This document shows positions 26,261-35,862 of a DNA stretch of 64,000 bases, piece after piece; positions within the stretch are counted from its first letter, which is position 1; every line of letters starts with the position of its first letter. Location: NCBI GenBank assembly GCA_965652925.1, contig CBFGXL010000003.1, positions 9 through 64,008 on the forward strand, read 5' to 3'. The notes beneath the pieces were generated by a model. The model made no database searches and was not told the DNA's origin. It saw only the letters and a list, made by a program, of their open reading frames with translations. The position numbers and the translations under genes are program-made. The DNA comes from an uncultured bacterium (GTDB lineage: Bacteria > Patescibacteriota > Minisyncoccia > Phycocordibacterales > UBA918).

Positions 26261-28354
26261 ATGTGGTTCAGAAAAGTAGGGGTATATGCCGCCGCAGTTA
26301 GCGTCGTTATGTTGCTGCCGATGTTTGCGTTTGCTCACGCAACGCCGGTTTCATATACTCCTGCTGCTTCTGCCACAGAATTGGAAACTCCTACATCGAT
26401 TTCAATACGCTTTACGGAGCGTATTGAGGTGGGTGCGAGCAGTTTGAAAGTATATGCACCAGATGGCACGGAGGTAAATGAAGGCAAAGGTACCCTTGAC
26501 CCTTCAGACGAGCGTGTCCTATCTGTGCCAGTGCGTGATGAAGGGGAAGGGGTGTACGCGGTGTCATGGCAGGTGGTGTCAGTAGATGATGGACACTTTA
26601 CCAAAGGCGCCTATTCGTTCCTCGTGGATGCAGCTGGAAAAGAGTACGAAGGGGGAGAGGGGGGAGTAGAGATATCATACAGCTCGAAAATGCCTGATGC
26701 AGTCTTTTCTTTCTTCAATCTTGTGGGTGAAAGTATCTTTATTGCGGTCTTAGTTTTTCTGTTCTTTTTAGTTCCGAGTGTACGCAAGAAGTTACCTGTA
26801 CTGAATGAAACCGCGCTTGATCTGAAGACACCGTTTCTCCACCTCCTGACATTCGGGTACCTCTTTTTTATAGCTGGAGGAGTTCTTGCGGTCTTCCGCA
26901 AAAGCGCAGAACTGGCTGCTTTGCAAAACATCCAGATGTTTGAGAGCATCATGGTCTATCTCGCTTCTTCGGTTGGGACCTATGCGCTCCTGAAGATACT
27001 TGCTGCCACAGCGTTCTTCTTGATCTTCGCACTAATTCTGAAAAAAAGAAGGCAACCAATTGGACGTGTGTACATTATTCTTCTGTGTGTATTGCTTGCT
27101 TCAATACTCTATGCGCAATCCTACATCAGCCATGCTGCTGCTTCTTTGTTCCTTCCAGAATTGAGTATTGCCGTTACACTTGTTCACCTCGTCGTTAAAG
27201 AATTTATCGTAGGAGCGATCATTTTGTTGTCGGTATTGTTCTTTATTTTGTACAAAAAGGGAGCACTTGCCGCGTTTTCTGCCTTGAGCTCACGTTTCGA
27301 CCTTTACTTTGCCGTTGCCCTGGGATGTGCAGTTGCATCAGGGGCATTCATCACGTGGCTTCACCTTAAACACGGGGCCAATCTTTTGGCAACCGAGTGG
27401 GGAGTGCGGTTTATTGCATTACTTGGCGCAACCATGTTATTTGGCGCATTGAGACTATTCCACCAGTTTATTGCCGTGCCAAAAATCGCACAGCCCTCCT
27501 TGCAGAAGGCGATGTTCTTCACTTTGCCGTTTGAAGTAGTCATTGCTTTGTGTGTCCTTTTCTTTTCCGGGTATATCTCACTTACGACCCCGCCATTTAC
27601 TGTAGAGCAATATGATTTTGCACAGGAGCAGATTTCGGAAGGTGTTCGGATTGCTGTACAGGTTCATCCGCATGAACACTCAGCAATGCTTATCTCGTTT
27701 GTTGAGGCTGAAACAGGGCAACCGTTTGATCCAAAGCATCTGACAGTAATAGCGCTCAACGAAGAAAAAGGTGTGGGTCCTAACCAGTTGGTTCTTGTTC
27801 AACGTTCTGAAGGCAGATACGTATTTCCACTCGCTGACCTGGCTCCTGCGGGCCGCTGGGAGATCGGAGTAAGCGCCGGGCAGACAGAAGGCTATGATGC
27901 ACACGCTGAGTTCACCTTTACGTACCCTCAAGATATTGTTTCGAGCAAAGGGTCTGATGAAGTGCGCTCTTTCGATACGTTTGGACGTGTTGTCTTTGCA
28001 GTAGGGCTGGCCATGCTCGTGTTCGCAGTTACGCTGTTCTGGTCTAGTAAAATGCGCTGGAAGCGTGTGGCCTCTGCAGCTATAGCGTCCGTGCCATGTG
28101 CACCAAAATGGGCAATCGTTTCATTCTCTCTATCCGCAGCTCTTGTTATCTTTGGCATATCGGCTTTGGAAATGAAAGGAATCAGTGCTTTCCAGTGGAA
28201 GTGTGTTGACGATGGGTTTGCCTGGCGCCAGGCGTTTCCTGCCCGAGACTTTGAAGCCACTGCACCTAATGCTGTCCTCGGTTGCACCGTTCACGATGGG
28301 CACTACCACTTTGCAGATGAGGAGGAATATGATTTCTTCATAAAAACTCAATAA
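26261..28354 (+). CDS. CopC-CopD-YtkA fusion copper-uptake membrane protein (YcnJ-like) with extra C-terminal Cys-rich segment
   Basis: CopC domain with mature N-terminal His (..FAFA/HATPVSY..) and W..V.S.DGH..G.Y.F; CopD-like polytopic membrane region (about 8 TM); YtkA-like domain (VQVHPHEHSAM..GRWEIGV); then a further TM and a Cys/His-rich tail (CAPKW..CVDDG..CTVHDGHYHF). Confidence 0.75.
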   Translation: MWFRKVGVYAAAVSVVMLLPMFAFAHATPVSYTPAASATELETPTSISIRFTERIEVGASSLKVYAPDGTEVNEGKGTLDPSDERVLSVPVRDEGEGVYAVSWQVVSVDDGHFTKGAYSFLVDAAGKEYEGGEGGVEISYSSKMPDAVFSFFNLVGESIFIAVLVFLFFLVPSVRKKLPVLNETALDLKTPFLHLLTFGYLFFIAGGVLAVFRKSAELAALQNIQMFESIMVYLASSVGTYALLKILAATAFFLIFALILKKRRQPIGRVYIILLCVLLASILYAQSYISHAAASLFLPELSIAVTLVHLVVKEFIVGAIILLSVLFFILYKKGALAAFSALSSRFDLYFAVALGCAVASGAFITWLHLKHGANLLATEWGVRFIALLGATMLFGALRLFHQFIAVPKIAQPSLQKAMFFTLPFEVVIALCVLFFSGYISLTTPPFTVEQYDFAQEQISEGVRIAVQVHPHEHSAMLISFVEAETGQPFDPKHLTVIALNEEKGVGPNQLVLVQRSEGRYVFPLADLAPAGRWEIGVSAGQTEGYDAHAEFTFTYPQDIVSSKGSDEVRSFDTFGRVVFAVGLAMLVFAVTLFWSSKMRWKRVASAAIASVPCAPKWAIVSFSLSAALVIFGISALEMKGISAFQWKCVDDGFAWRQAFPARDFEATAPNAVLGCTVHDGHYHFADEEEYDFFIKTQ

Positions 28355-28374
28355 TAATAGGGTATTATAGTGAT

Positions 28375-29319
28375 ATGAAAAAAATAGTTTTTGTCGGGGC
28401 TGTGCTCATTGTTGCACTAGCTTTAGTGTATTTTTTTGTTAATCGGAATATTCAGGAACCAGCAGTACCATCTGAAGACATAAAAACGGACGATGAAACG
28501 TCTACGAAGCAAGAAGAGACCGCATACGGCTTCTCATATGAGTATGAGATGGGGGAAAATGGTTATACACTCCACATACCACCTGACGCGGTGCGAGGAG
28601 ATCTCGTCTTTACCCAATCAGTCTTTGACAGTACTGATTATGCAGACTTGCAGGAAGGGAATGTTCCCCGGGAGGCACCGGCTTCGCTCACTATGGAAGT
28701 ATACCGTAATCCATTGAATCAGGATGTCCGGGAATGGATCACAAGCCAAGAACGTTCGAATTATCATCTGAGCCCTAACGGAACAATTTCGACAGTAAAA
28801 AAAGGTGTTACTGATTTTCTGACATATCAGTATGACGGACTGTACAGGACTGACGCATATGTCTATGGCAAAGACGGGTATATCTATGTCTTTGCAAATA
28901 TGTGGGACAACCCTGAAAGCGCTATGAAGCTCGATATGGAAAGATTGCTTGAAAGCATTAGGTGGAGCACTCCACAGATACTGGCAAGCATTGCACACGG
29001 TGATATAAGCATCAGTGCACCAGAGCCAAATTCAGTCATTGTTTCACCACTTACCATAGAGGGGGAAGCGCGCGGCTTCTGGTTCTTTGAGGCATCATTT
29101 CCTATGACACTTGTGGATTGGGACGGAAAGATCATTGCTGAAGGGATTGCAACTGCAGAAGAAGAGTGGATGACTGAAGACTTCGTACCATTCAGCGGAG
29201 AGTTGGTCTTTACCAAGCCTCCACAAGGTGAGACAGGTTCGCTTATTTTGAGGAAAGACAATCCTTCAGGAATCCCTGAAAATGATGATGCTATAGAAAT
29301 ACCCGTGAGGTTTGAATGA
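28375..29319 (+). CDS. Membrane-anchored secreted protein with C-terminal Gmad2-like Ig-fold domain
   Basis: N-terminal anchor. The C-terminal 110 aa (SPLTIEGEARGFWFFEASFPMTLVDWDGKII..FSGELVF) match the Gmad2 pattern. Confidence 0.5.
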   Translation: MKKIVFVGAVLIVALALVYFFVNRNIQEPAVPSEDIKTDDETSTKQEETAYGFSYEYEMGENGYTLHIPPDAVRGDLVFTQSVFDSTDYADLQEGNVPREAPASLTMEVYRNPLNQDVREWITSQERSNYHLSPNGTISTVKKGVTDFLTYQYDGLYRTDAYVYGKDGYIYVFANMWDNPESAMKLDMERLLESIRWSTPQILASIAHGDISISAPEPNSVIVSPLTIEGEARGFWFFEASFPMTLVDWDGKIIAEGIATAEEEWMTEDFVPFSGELVFTKPPQGETGSLILRKDNPSGIPENDDAIEIPVRFE

Positions 29320-29498
29320 TTTGTTTTTATGCTTCATTGGGTCAGCCTAAGGTATTTTCTTATTATAAAGACCCCGTGAGAGTTTGAGGCAGTTAGTTTG
29401 GGCTGCACTACATAAAGGTCCGCGGGTTTGTGGCGGTTTTTTGTGCCGGGATGAACTGTGATACCATACAAAGGACTTGTAAACATAATGATGATTTC

Positions 29499-30008
29499 AT
29501 GAAAACCATATACATTCTTATTGCAGTATTACTATTTATGGGTGGGGGTGCATTTGCATATTTTTCTTTTAACACTCCACAGGAAGAGTCAATTCCAGAT
29601 GGCTACCACCGCATGGAAGATGGAACACTCATGCGGAATGATATGGGCATGGAAGGCATGGGAGCACTTGATGATATTCGTGCAAATGAGATGACTACGG
29701 AAGAGGAAGACACTTCTTCAGCCGTCGACCCTAATGCCCGTGTCTTTGAAGTACGTGGGGTCAATTATGAGTATGATGTAAAGGAAATACGAGTGAAGAA
29801 GGGTGAAACTGTGGTCATAAATTTTGAAAGTACTGATGGATTTCATGATTGGGTAATTGATGAGTTTGATGTGCAGACAGATCGTGTGCAGCCTGGCACA
29901 AAGACCTCGGTTACTTTTGTCGCAGATGAAGCGGGCACATTCGAATACTACTGTTCAGTGGGAAGCCACCGATCGCATGGAATGGTAGGCACACTCATTG
30001 TTGAATAA
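29499..30008 (+). CDS. Membrane-anchored cupredoxin (type 1 blue-copper protein, plastocyanin/amicyanin-like)
   Basis: N-terminal TM anchor. T1 copper ligands His in GFHDWV and C-x-x-x-H-x-x-x-x-M in YYCSVGSHRSHGM. Start set at the internal ATG (MKTIYIL). Confidence 0.75.
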   Translation: MKTIYILIAVLLFMGGGAFAYFSFNTPQEESIPDGYHRMEDGTLMRNDMGMEGMGALDDIRANEMTTEEEDTSSAVDPNARVFEVRGVNYEYDVKEIRVKKGETVVINFESTDGFHDWVIDEFDVQTDRVQPGTKTSVTFVADEAGTFEYYCSVGSHRSHGMVGTLIVE

Positions 30009-30037
30009 TAATAGTAACCAAAGCCACCACATTACAT

Positions 30038-30709
30038 ATGAAAAAACACACATGGAAGATCGTCTTTGTTGTTGCGGCGTTACTCATGGGAGCTTCATTC
30101 TTCTATGCGAACTATGCGAGCAATAAAGCAAATGAAGGGGTTGTTATCAAAGAGTATACAAAAGGGAATGAGAACGCCGCTGTCACCCTTACGGAATATG
30201 CTGACTTTCAGTGTCCGGCATGCGGTCAGTTTTATCCGATCATGAAAGAAGTTGAAACGCAGTATGGAGATAAGATCAAGATCGAATTCAAGCATTTTCC
30301 GCTCGTGACCATTCATCCGTTTGCTATGCCTGCGGCCAAAGCTGCTGAGGCGGCAGGACAACAGGGCAAATTCTTTGAGATGCATGATAAGTTGTTTGAG
30401 AATCAGAGTACCTGGTCGCGATCATCAGCTCCACAGGCATATTTTATCCAATATGCTGAGGAACTAGGTCTCGATATTGACCGTTTCAAGACCCACATGA
30501 AGTCCTCGCTTTTACAGGACCGTATTGAAGAGCAGTTTTATGAAGCTCAAGAGCTTGGCCTGACTGGGACACCCTCTTTCTATCTCAATGGGGAGAGGCT
30601 TGAATTTCAGACATTTGAGGAATTTTTTGGTGCGCTTGATGCGGCTCTCGGTTTGACACCTGCTACAGCAACAACAAGTCCACAGAACCAGGTGGAGTTT
30701 GGCATCTAA
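30038..30709 (+). CDS. DsbA-family thiol:disulfide oxidoreductase
   Basis: N-terminal TM anchor; thioredoxin fold with CPAC active site (YADFQCPACGQFYP); DsbA-like helical insertion. Confidence 0.8.
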   Translation: MKKHTWKIVFVVAALLMGASFFYANYASNKANEGVVIKEYTKGNENAAVTLTEYADFQCPACGQFYPIMKEVETQYGDKIKIEFKHFPLVTIHPFAMPAAKAAEAAGQQGKFFEMHDKLFENQSTWSRSSAPQAYFIQYAEELGLDIDRFKTHMKSSLLQDRIEEQFYEAQELGLTGTPSFYLNGERLEFQTFEEFFGALDAALGLTPATATTSPQNQVEFGI

Positions 30710-32051
30710 GCACGTAATGAGTACATCCATCGATTCGGATTGGTACCGGCAGCTTGCACCTTTGAGCATAGAAGTTCTGCGGTACCTTAAGAGTGACCTT
30801 CAGGGATTGCAACAGCAGAAAGATTCCTTTTTTGCCGGCGAGTCTCGTGTGCCATTTTTCAACTATGCACATATAGAGATCGAACAGATCAAAGAGAAGG
30901 TCCTAGGCTTGCAGCGCTTGCGCGAGCGAATTATTGCACAGGAGGAGCTTGCTGTGGTTGCCGAACTCTATACGGCGAAGATCGATGAATATCTTGCGAA
31001 TGCACTATTGTTGCAGTCTTCTTATGATGCTTCGGTTGCACCGCATCGTGCGGCTGCTGCGATGGCTGATTTTAAAAAGGTGAACACGTATCTGTACGGG
31101 GAAATAAATCCAGATATGTTCAACCTCACCCTCCGTACGCTTCGTAGAAAACTTCAAAAAGTTCCGCAAGAGTTAAAGACCCAGCATCCAGAGGCGGCAG
31201 AGCGTCTTGAATATTTGGTGCGCGAGCTTCCTTCTGAAGGCGACTCCTACGTGTTTGCGATAGAGAAACACCCAGTTGAACAGACAGAGATTATTAAAGA
31301 CATTGTTGAGATAACAGATATGTTCCAGAAGGCGCTTCTGGAACGAGGGCTGGCGGATAGGTGGAAGGTCAGGGTAGACACCACAGGACAGTTGCATACA
31401 TTTTCAGTGATCAATCACGAGCAGGTTATCGCAATTCCTGGACAGCAGTTCTTTTTGGAAATGCATGAAGGATATTCACTTGCAAAACTCAATGGCTTGA
31501 TTGCGCATGAGATTGATACACATATAATCCGCAGACATAATGGGAGAAGATCCCAGCTCCGTTTGCTCGGAGCAGGCCTCGATCGCTATCACAGAGGTGA
31601 GGAGGGTATTGCTACGTATCGGGCTCAGAGAGAGAAAGGATCCCGTTCATTTGCTGGTTTCTTGGGCTATCTTTCACTCGGGCTGGCGCTTGGAATGGAA
31701 CCACACGGCCAGCCGAAAGATTTTGCAGGACTCTATGAGATTCTCTACGCGTATTTTTTATTGGTAGGTCGGTTTGAAGAACAGATGGCGCATCAGCGTG
31801 CATGGCACGCCTGCTGGAGGGTTTTTAGAGGAACTACATGTTCTGAAAAAGGAGTTGTATTCATGCGCGATGCCACATACAGACAAGGCAATATTCTCAT
31901 TCATCAGTTGCTCCATACGTATCCTCAAGCGGAAGCTGATTTTGATGTGGGGAACTTTGATCCGACGCAAAAATCGCATATCAGTGCGCTGCTAAAACTC
32001 GGTTTGCTTCCTGAGCATCCGTGGAAAGCAATCGCTGCGGATACAGTTTAA
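30699..32051 (+). CDS. Hypothetical protein, possibly DUF1704 (QEGLA-motif) family
   Basis: HEIDTHIIRRHNG and GEEGIATYRAQ resemble the HExxxH and QEGLA-like signatures of DUF1704 proteins. Weak assignment. Confidence 0.35.
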   Translation: MASKHVMSTSIDSDWYRQLAPLSIEVLRYLKSDLQGLQQQKDSFFAGESRVPFFNYAHIEIEQIKEKVLGLQRLRERIIAQEELAVVAELYTAKIDEYLANALLLQSSYDASVAPHRAAAAMADFKKVNTYLYGEINPDMFNLTLRTLRRKLQKVPQELKTQHPEAAERLEYLVRELPSEGDSYVFAIEKHPVEQTEIIKDIVEITDMFQKALLERGLADRWKVRVDTTGQLHTFSVINHEQVIAIPGQQFFLEMHEGYSLAKLNGLIAHEIDTHIIRRHNGRRSQLRLLGAGLDRYHRGEEGIATYRAQREKGSRSFAGFLGYLSLGLALGMEPHGQPKDFAGLYEILYAYFLLVGRFEEQMAHQRAWHACWRVFRGTTCSEKGVVFMRDATYRQGNILIHQLLHTYPQAEADFDVGNFDPTQKSHISALLKLGLLPEHPWKAIAADTV

Positions 32052-32058
32052 GGAGCGT

Positions 32059-32832
32059 CTACACGCCTGATGGTCGGAAGATCGTTTCAACTGACAACAA
32101 GTGCGGATATTTTGTAACTTGGATGTATTTTCCGAGCGAAGCTTCAGTACAGATAAGATAAGCTTGTGTTATTGCCCGTCCTTCTTGAGGCTGCTCCAAC
32201 ACGAATGCGTCGAGTGTTGCGGTGTCGGTATCAAACGTCAGTGTTTCCAATGGGGCAGAGGGAATCATCGCACTGCATCCGATTGAGAGTTTGAATGCTG
32301 CGAGTCCGATATAGGAATTGATGCCGTAAGGGTTGCGATCTCTACCGTGTGAGAGTTTGCTCAGTCCACGCTGGTGCGCGTGCTTATTTATGAGATATTC
32401 AGTATAAAGTGATGGATTTGCTTGCAGCACTACTGTAGACCATTTGTGCGGGTAAATACGGTACGCAATAGAGAGAACTGTTTTTCGCTCAGAAAATATT
32501 GTTGCACCTATACGTTCACCATTCTCGTACAGTATTAAAGCGTAATAGGTGTATGGAGATTCTTTCCCAAGGGTGGTGCCGTAGATATCTGAGACTTTTG
32601 GATTTGATTTGTTTGATATCTCCTGTGTGTAGAGTGGAGTGAACCACTGAAGAATATCTTCGGTGAGCACTTCGATGCTGTAGGTGATGCAAGAAAGGTC
32701 TTCGTGCCTGAGTGTTGAACGCAACTGAGCCTGATTGCTTTTCCCCATCAGCAATAAGGGGTCCTCAACCACTTTTTTGTACCAAGCATGTTCGGGAATG
32801 TAACTGATTTTCATAAAAATAGAGTATACCAC
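32059..32832 (-). CDS. Hypothetical protein (possible FemAB/GNAT-like acyltransferase fold)
   Basis: No clear motif. Size and segmental similarity to Acetyltransf_6/FemAB-like proteins only. Divergent from the ATP-grasp gene. Confidence 0.25.
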   Translation of the reverse strand: MVYSIFMKISYIPEHAWYKKVVEDPLLLMGKSNQAQLRSTLRHEDLSCITYSIEVLTEDILQWFTPLYTQEISNKSNPKVSDIYGTTLGKESPYTYYALILYENGERIGATIFSERKTVLSIAYRIYPHKWSTVVLQANPSLYTEYLINKHAHQRGLSKLSHGRDRNPYGINSYIGLAAFKLSIGCSAMIPSAPLETLTFDTDTATLDAFVLEQPQEGRAITQAYLICTEASLGKYIQVTKYPHLLSVETIFRPSGV

Positions 32833-32950
32833 TATTTCGAAGGCTCTCTTTTGCGACTTGAAAATGGGAGCTATTTTTAGTATGATACCAACATATTAGA
32901 TTCTGACAGATACCATTCAGAACGCACTACCTGGCGATGACGCCATTTTT

Positions 32951-34228
32951 TTGTCCAAACCTTTACTTATGCACCAGAAGAAAAATATCGTTGTCTTTGT
33001 GGAGCAGTACATACCACAGGCAGTGAAAAGCGTACGGAAACATTTTAAGGATGTTGAGGTACTCCTTTTGCGTGATATCAAGGATAAGACCAAGGATAAT
33101 GGGAGGGTCTTTAGTGTCGACCACCTTGCCTATGTTGATTTCAACAAACCCTTGAAGATTGCGGAGGCGCTGTTGCCGTTTCAAGAACGCTTGCTGTGCA
33201 TAACCGCGCGAGGCGAGGGGGGTGCTAATAAGCTCAAGGAAGTAATTCCCCATGTGCCGTACCTGCGAACTCCAACCCGCGAGTCACTTGACTGGGCCAC
33301 CGACAAGTACGAGATGCGCAAGCGCATGAAGCTGTTCGATCCGAAGAACACTCCTCGTTTCACCAAAATTAGTGAAAATTCAAAAAAAGAGCGAAACCGC
33401 GTTATTGAAAAGGTCGGCTTTCCGCTCGTGATCAAACCTGCCAATCTGCAGGAAAGCCTTTTGGTGACTATCTGCTTCCACGCAGAAGAATTTGAAAAAG
33501 CACTCGGCAATGTTTTTCGTAAACTCCGCAAAGAATACCAGCGTATAGGACGTTCCCAGTTGCCGACAATCATGGCTGAGGAATTTATGGAGGGTGATAT
33601 GTATTCCATTGACTCATACGTTAATTCCCGCGGGGAGATATTTCACTGCCCGCTGGTTCGGGTGATGACCGGACGCAATATTGGTCGAGAAGATTTCTAT
33701 AACTACAAGCAGACTTCACCAGCCTTGCTTAAGAAAGAGACGATAGAAAAGGCACAGAAAGTTGCTGAGACTGCTATACATGCGCTTGGTCTGCGTAGTA
33801 TCACTGCACACGTTGAACTTATGAAAATGGATGATGATTGGAAGATCATCGAGGTCGGCCCTCGTGTAGGAGGCTTCCGTCCGCTTTTGTATGAGCTCAG
33901 CTGTGACATCGACCATTCTTTGAATGATGTGCTTGTGCGCATACCACGCAAACCGATCATTCCTAAAAAGTGCAAGGGATTTGCAACGGCTATGAAGTGG
34001 TTTGCTGACAAGGAAGGGAAGATCGTGGAAATGAAAGGAATTAAGAAAATAGAGTCATTGGAATCTTTTCACAGCATAGCGATGAACAAAAAGATCGGCG
34101 ACCGGGCAACATTTGCTAAAAACGGAGGCATCTCCATCTTTAACTTGTTTCTCTACAACAATGATCGCTCGAAACTCCTTGCTGACATCCGCCGGGTGGA
34201 ACAGCTTGTGAAGATAAAGATCGGTTAG
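32951..34228 (+). CDS. ATP-grasp domain protein (carboxylate-amine ligase-like)
   Basis: Central region VGFPLVIKPA, EEFMEGDMYSIDSY and HVELMKMDDDWKIIEVGPRVGG fits an ATP-grasp B/C-domain. Confidence 0.55.
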   Translation: MSKPLLMHQKKNIVVFVEQYIPQAVKSVRKHFKDVEVLLLRDIKDKTKDNGRVFSVDHLAYVDFNKPLKIAEALLPFQERLLCITARGEGGANKLKEVIPHVPYLRTPTRESLDWATDKYEMRKRMKLFDPKNTPRFTKISENSKKERNRVIEKVGFPLVIKPANLQESLLVTICFHAEEFEKALGNVFRKLRKEYQRIGRSQLPTIMAEEFMEGDMYSIDSYVNSRGEIFHCPLVRVMTGRNIGREDFYNYKQTSPALLKKETIEKAQKVAETAIHALGLRSITAHVELMKMDDDWKIIEVGPRVGGFRPLLYELSCDIDHSLNDVLVRIPRKPIIPKKCKGFATAMKWFADKEGKIVEMKGIKKIESLESFHSIAMNKKIGDRATFAKNGGISIFNLFLYNNDRSKLLADIRRVEQLVKIKIG

Positions 34229-34285
34229 CCCCGTTTTCCTTCAAACACCCGCTTTTTCTCTGTTGCTTTTTGGTATGATACACCA

Positions 34286-35089
34286 ATGATACGGACCCGG
34301 GATCTTTTTGTTTTTATCGCAACTTTGTTTGCGCTTTTGGTAGGTATCGCCCTAACGCTCTCTTCTGATATCCTGAAGATGTCCCAAGATGTCGCGACTT
34401 TCTTTGCTCCAGGCGAAGAAAGTGTTGAATTTACTGCTGAGGCGCCGCAGGAAGAAATCAACAGAGAAGATATTATTTCACGCCTGCGTAATGCGCTTGC
34501 TTTGCATGAGAGCTCTATCGAACCGCAGCCGAGCGTGGAAGAGGACGCTGTTGAAGAAACTGAGATTATGAGTGAGGTCTCTACATCTATCGGTGTAGAA
34601 CGTTGTGCCGGAGGAGATGATGCGGTTGCCTATGCTAAATCGTGGCCGCTTGCCGGGGTTTCTGTCCAACAAAACGGGACTTTACGTACGGTTGTTCACG
34701 AAGAAACAAATATCGGTCTGACATCTTCTTCGGCCGCTTCTTCCACTGGTTCGTCTACGGCCGCATCGGTGAATACCGTACTGCTTACGCTTCCTGTTTC
34801 CCCGTATGCATCAGCCGAGCCCCACTGTGTGCCGAGCGACATAATAGGTGTTACCACTTCAGGTTCACTTATGTTCAATAATGACGCTGCTTTTTATCGT
34901 GGGTACGGCTCTGAGTATCTTATTGGTTATGCGCGGGATGGCTACCCAATCTATGGCTATTATGAGGGAGTACTTGATAACTGCGGAGGCTACATGCATG
35001 CGCAGGGATACCGCTATTCGGTTTCAGCAACCAAAGATCACTTGCTGAGCTGTTTTACAGCTGCCCCGGCTTCTTTTAGCGGACTATAG
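34286..35089 (+). CDS. Hypothetical secreted protein with degenerate YHYH-like C-terminal motif
   Basis: N-terminal TM/signal; acidic linker; C-terminal DNCGGYMHAQGYRYS resembles the D.CGGH...GYHYH motif of YHYH proteins but with substitutions. Confidence 0.3.
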   Translation: MIRTRDLFVFIATLFALLVGIALTLSSDILKMSQDVATFFAPGEESVEFTAEAPQEEINREDIISRLRNALALHESSIEPQPSVEEDAVEETEIMSEVSTSIGVERCAGGDDAVAYAKSWPLAGVSVQQNGTLRTVVHEETNIGLTSSSAASSTGSSTAASVNTVLLTLPVSPYASAEPHCVPSDIIGVTTSGSLMFNNDAAFYRGYGSEYLIGYARDGYPIYGYYEGVLDNCGGYMHAQGYRYSVSATKDHLLSCFTAAPASFSGL

Positions 35090-35096
35090 ACTATCC

Positions 35097-35825
35097 ATGG
35101 CTACACTCATCTTTGACATTGAAACGGTCGGTGAGGATTGGAATACACTTGATCCGACCACACAGGAGTCGCTTACGCGCTGGATACGTAAAAATGCCCG
35201 CGACAAAACTGAACAGGAGTCGTTACTTCAAGATTTAAAAGAAGGGTTAGGTTTTTCACCGCTAACAGGGATGATCGTAGCTCTGGGTCTCTATGATCTG
35301 GAGCGCAGGCAAGGGGCTGTGTATTACATTGGCCCGTCCGACGAAGGAGATATTCCCCATGATGATTTCGTTTTCAAACAGCGTTCAGAAAAGGAGATGC
35401 TGCAGGAATTTTGGGAGGGTGCAAAAAGTTATGATACGTTTGTAACTTTCAACGGCAGAGAATTTGATGTTCCGTTTATATTGCATCGCTCAGTTGCTCA
35501 GGGGGTTGTGCCCACTTGTCCGCTGATGGAAGGGAGGTACCTCCATCAGCAGAAGACGGTACGTCATGTGGACCTTCAGGACCAGCTCACTTTTTACGGG
35601 GCAGTGCGCCGCAGGCCGAGCCTCCATTTGTTTTGTCGTTCCTACGGCATTGCAAGTCCGAAAGTGCATGGGGTGGGTGGAGATGATATTGCGGAACTTT
35701 TTGCGCGCAAAAAATTCCGCGATATTGCTTTGTATAATGCCCGTGATGTAGAGGCAACAGTACAACTGTACGAAAAATGGCTGACGTATCTTGCACCACA
35801 GTCTTTTTTAACTATTGATTTTTAG
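35097..35825 (+). CDS. RNase H-like 3'-5' exonuclease (PolB-exonuclease-related, YprB-like)
   Basis: Exo I motif LIFDIETVG; second acidic motif region FNGREFDVPFI; C-terminal YNARDVEAT (Exo III-like Y..D). Confidence 0.65.
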   Translation: MATLIFDIETVGEDWNTLDPTTQESLTRWIRKNARDKTEQESLLQDLKEGLGFSPLTGMIVALGLYDLERRQGAVYYIGPSDEGDIPHDDFVFKQRSEKEMLQEFWEGAKSYDTFVTFNGREFDVPFILHRSVAQGVVPTCPLMEGRYLHQQKTVRHVDLQDQLTFYGAVRRRPSLHLFCRSYGIASPKVHGVGGDDIAELFARKKFRDIALYNARDVEATVQLYEKWLTYLAPQSFLTIDF

Positions 35826-35862
35826 GTATTTTGTGGTATAGTATGCTGACTGAAAAAGGAGA

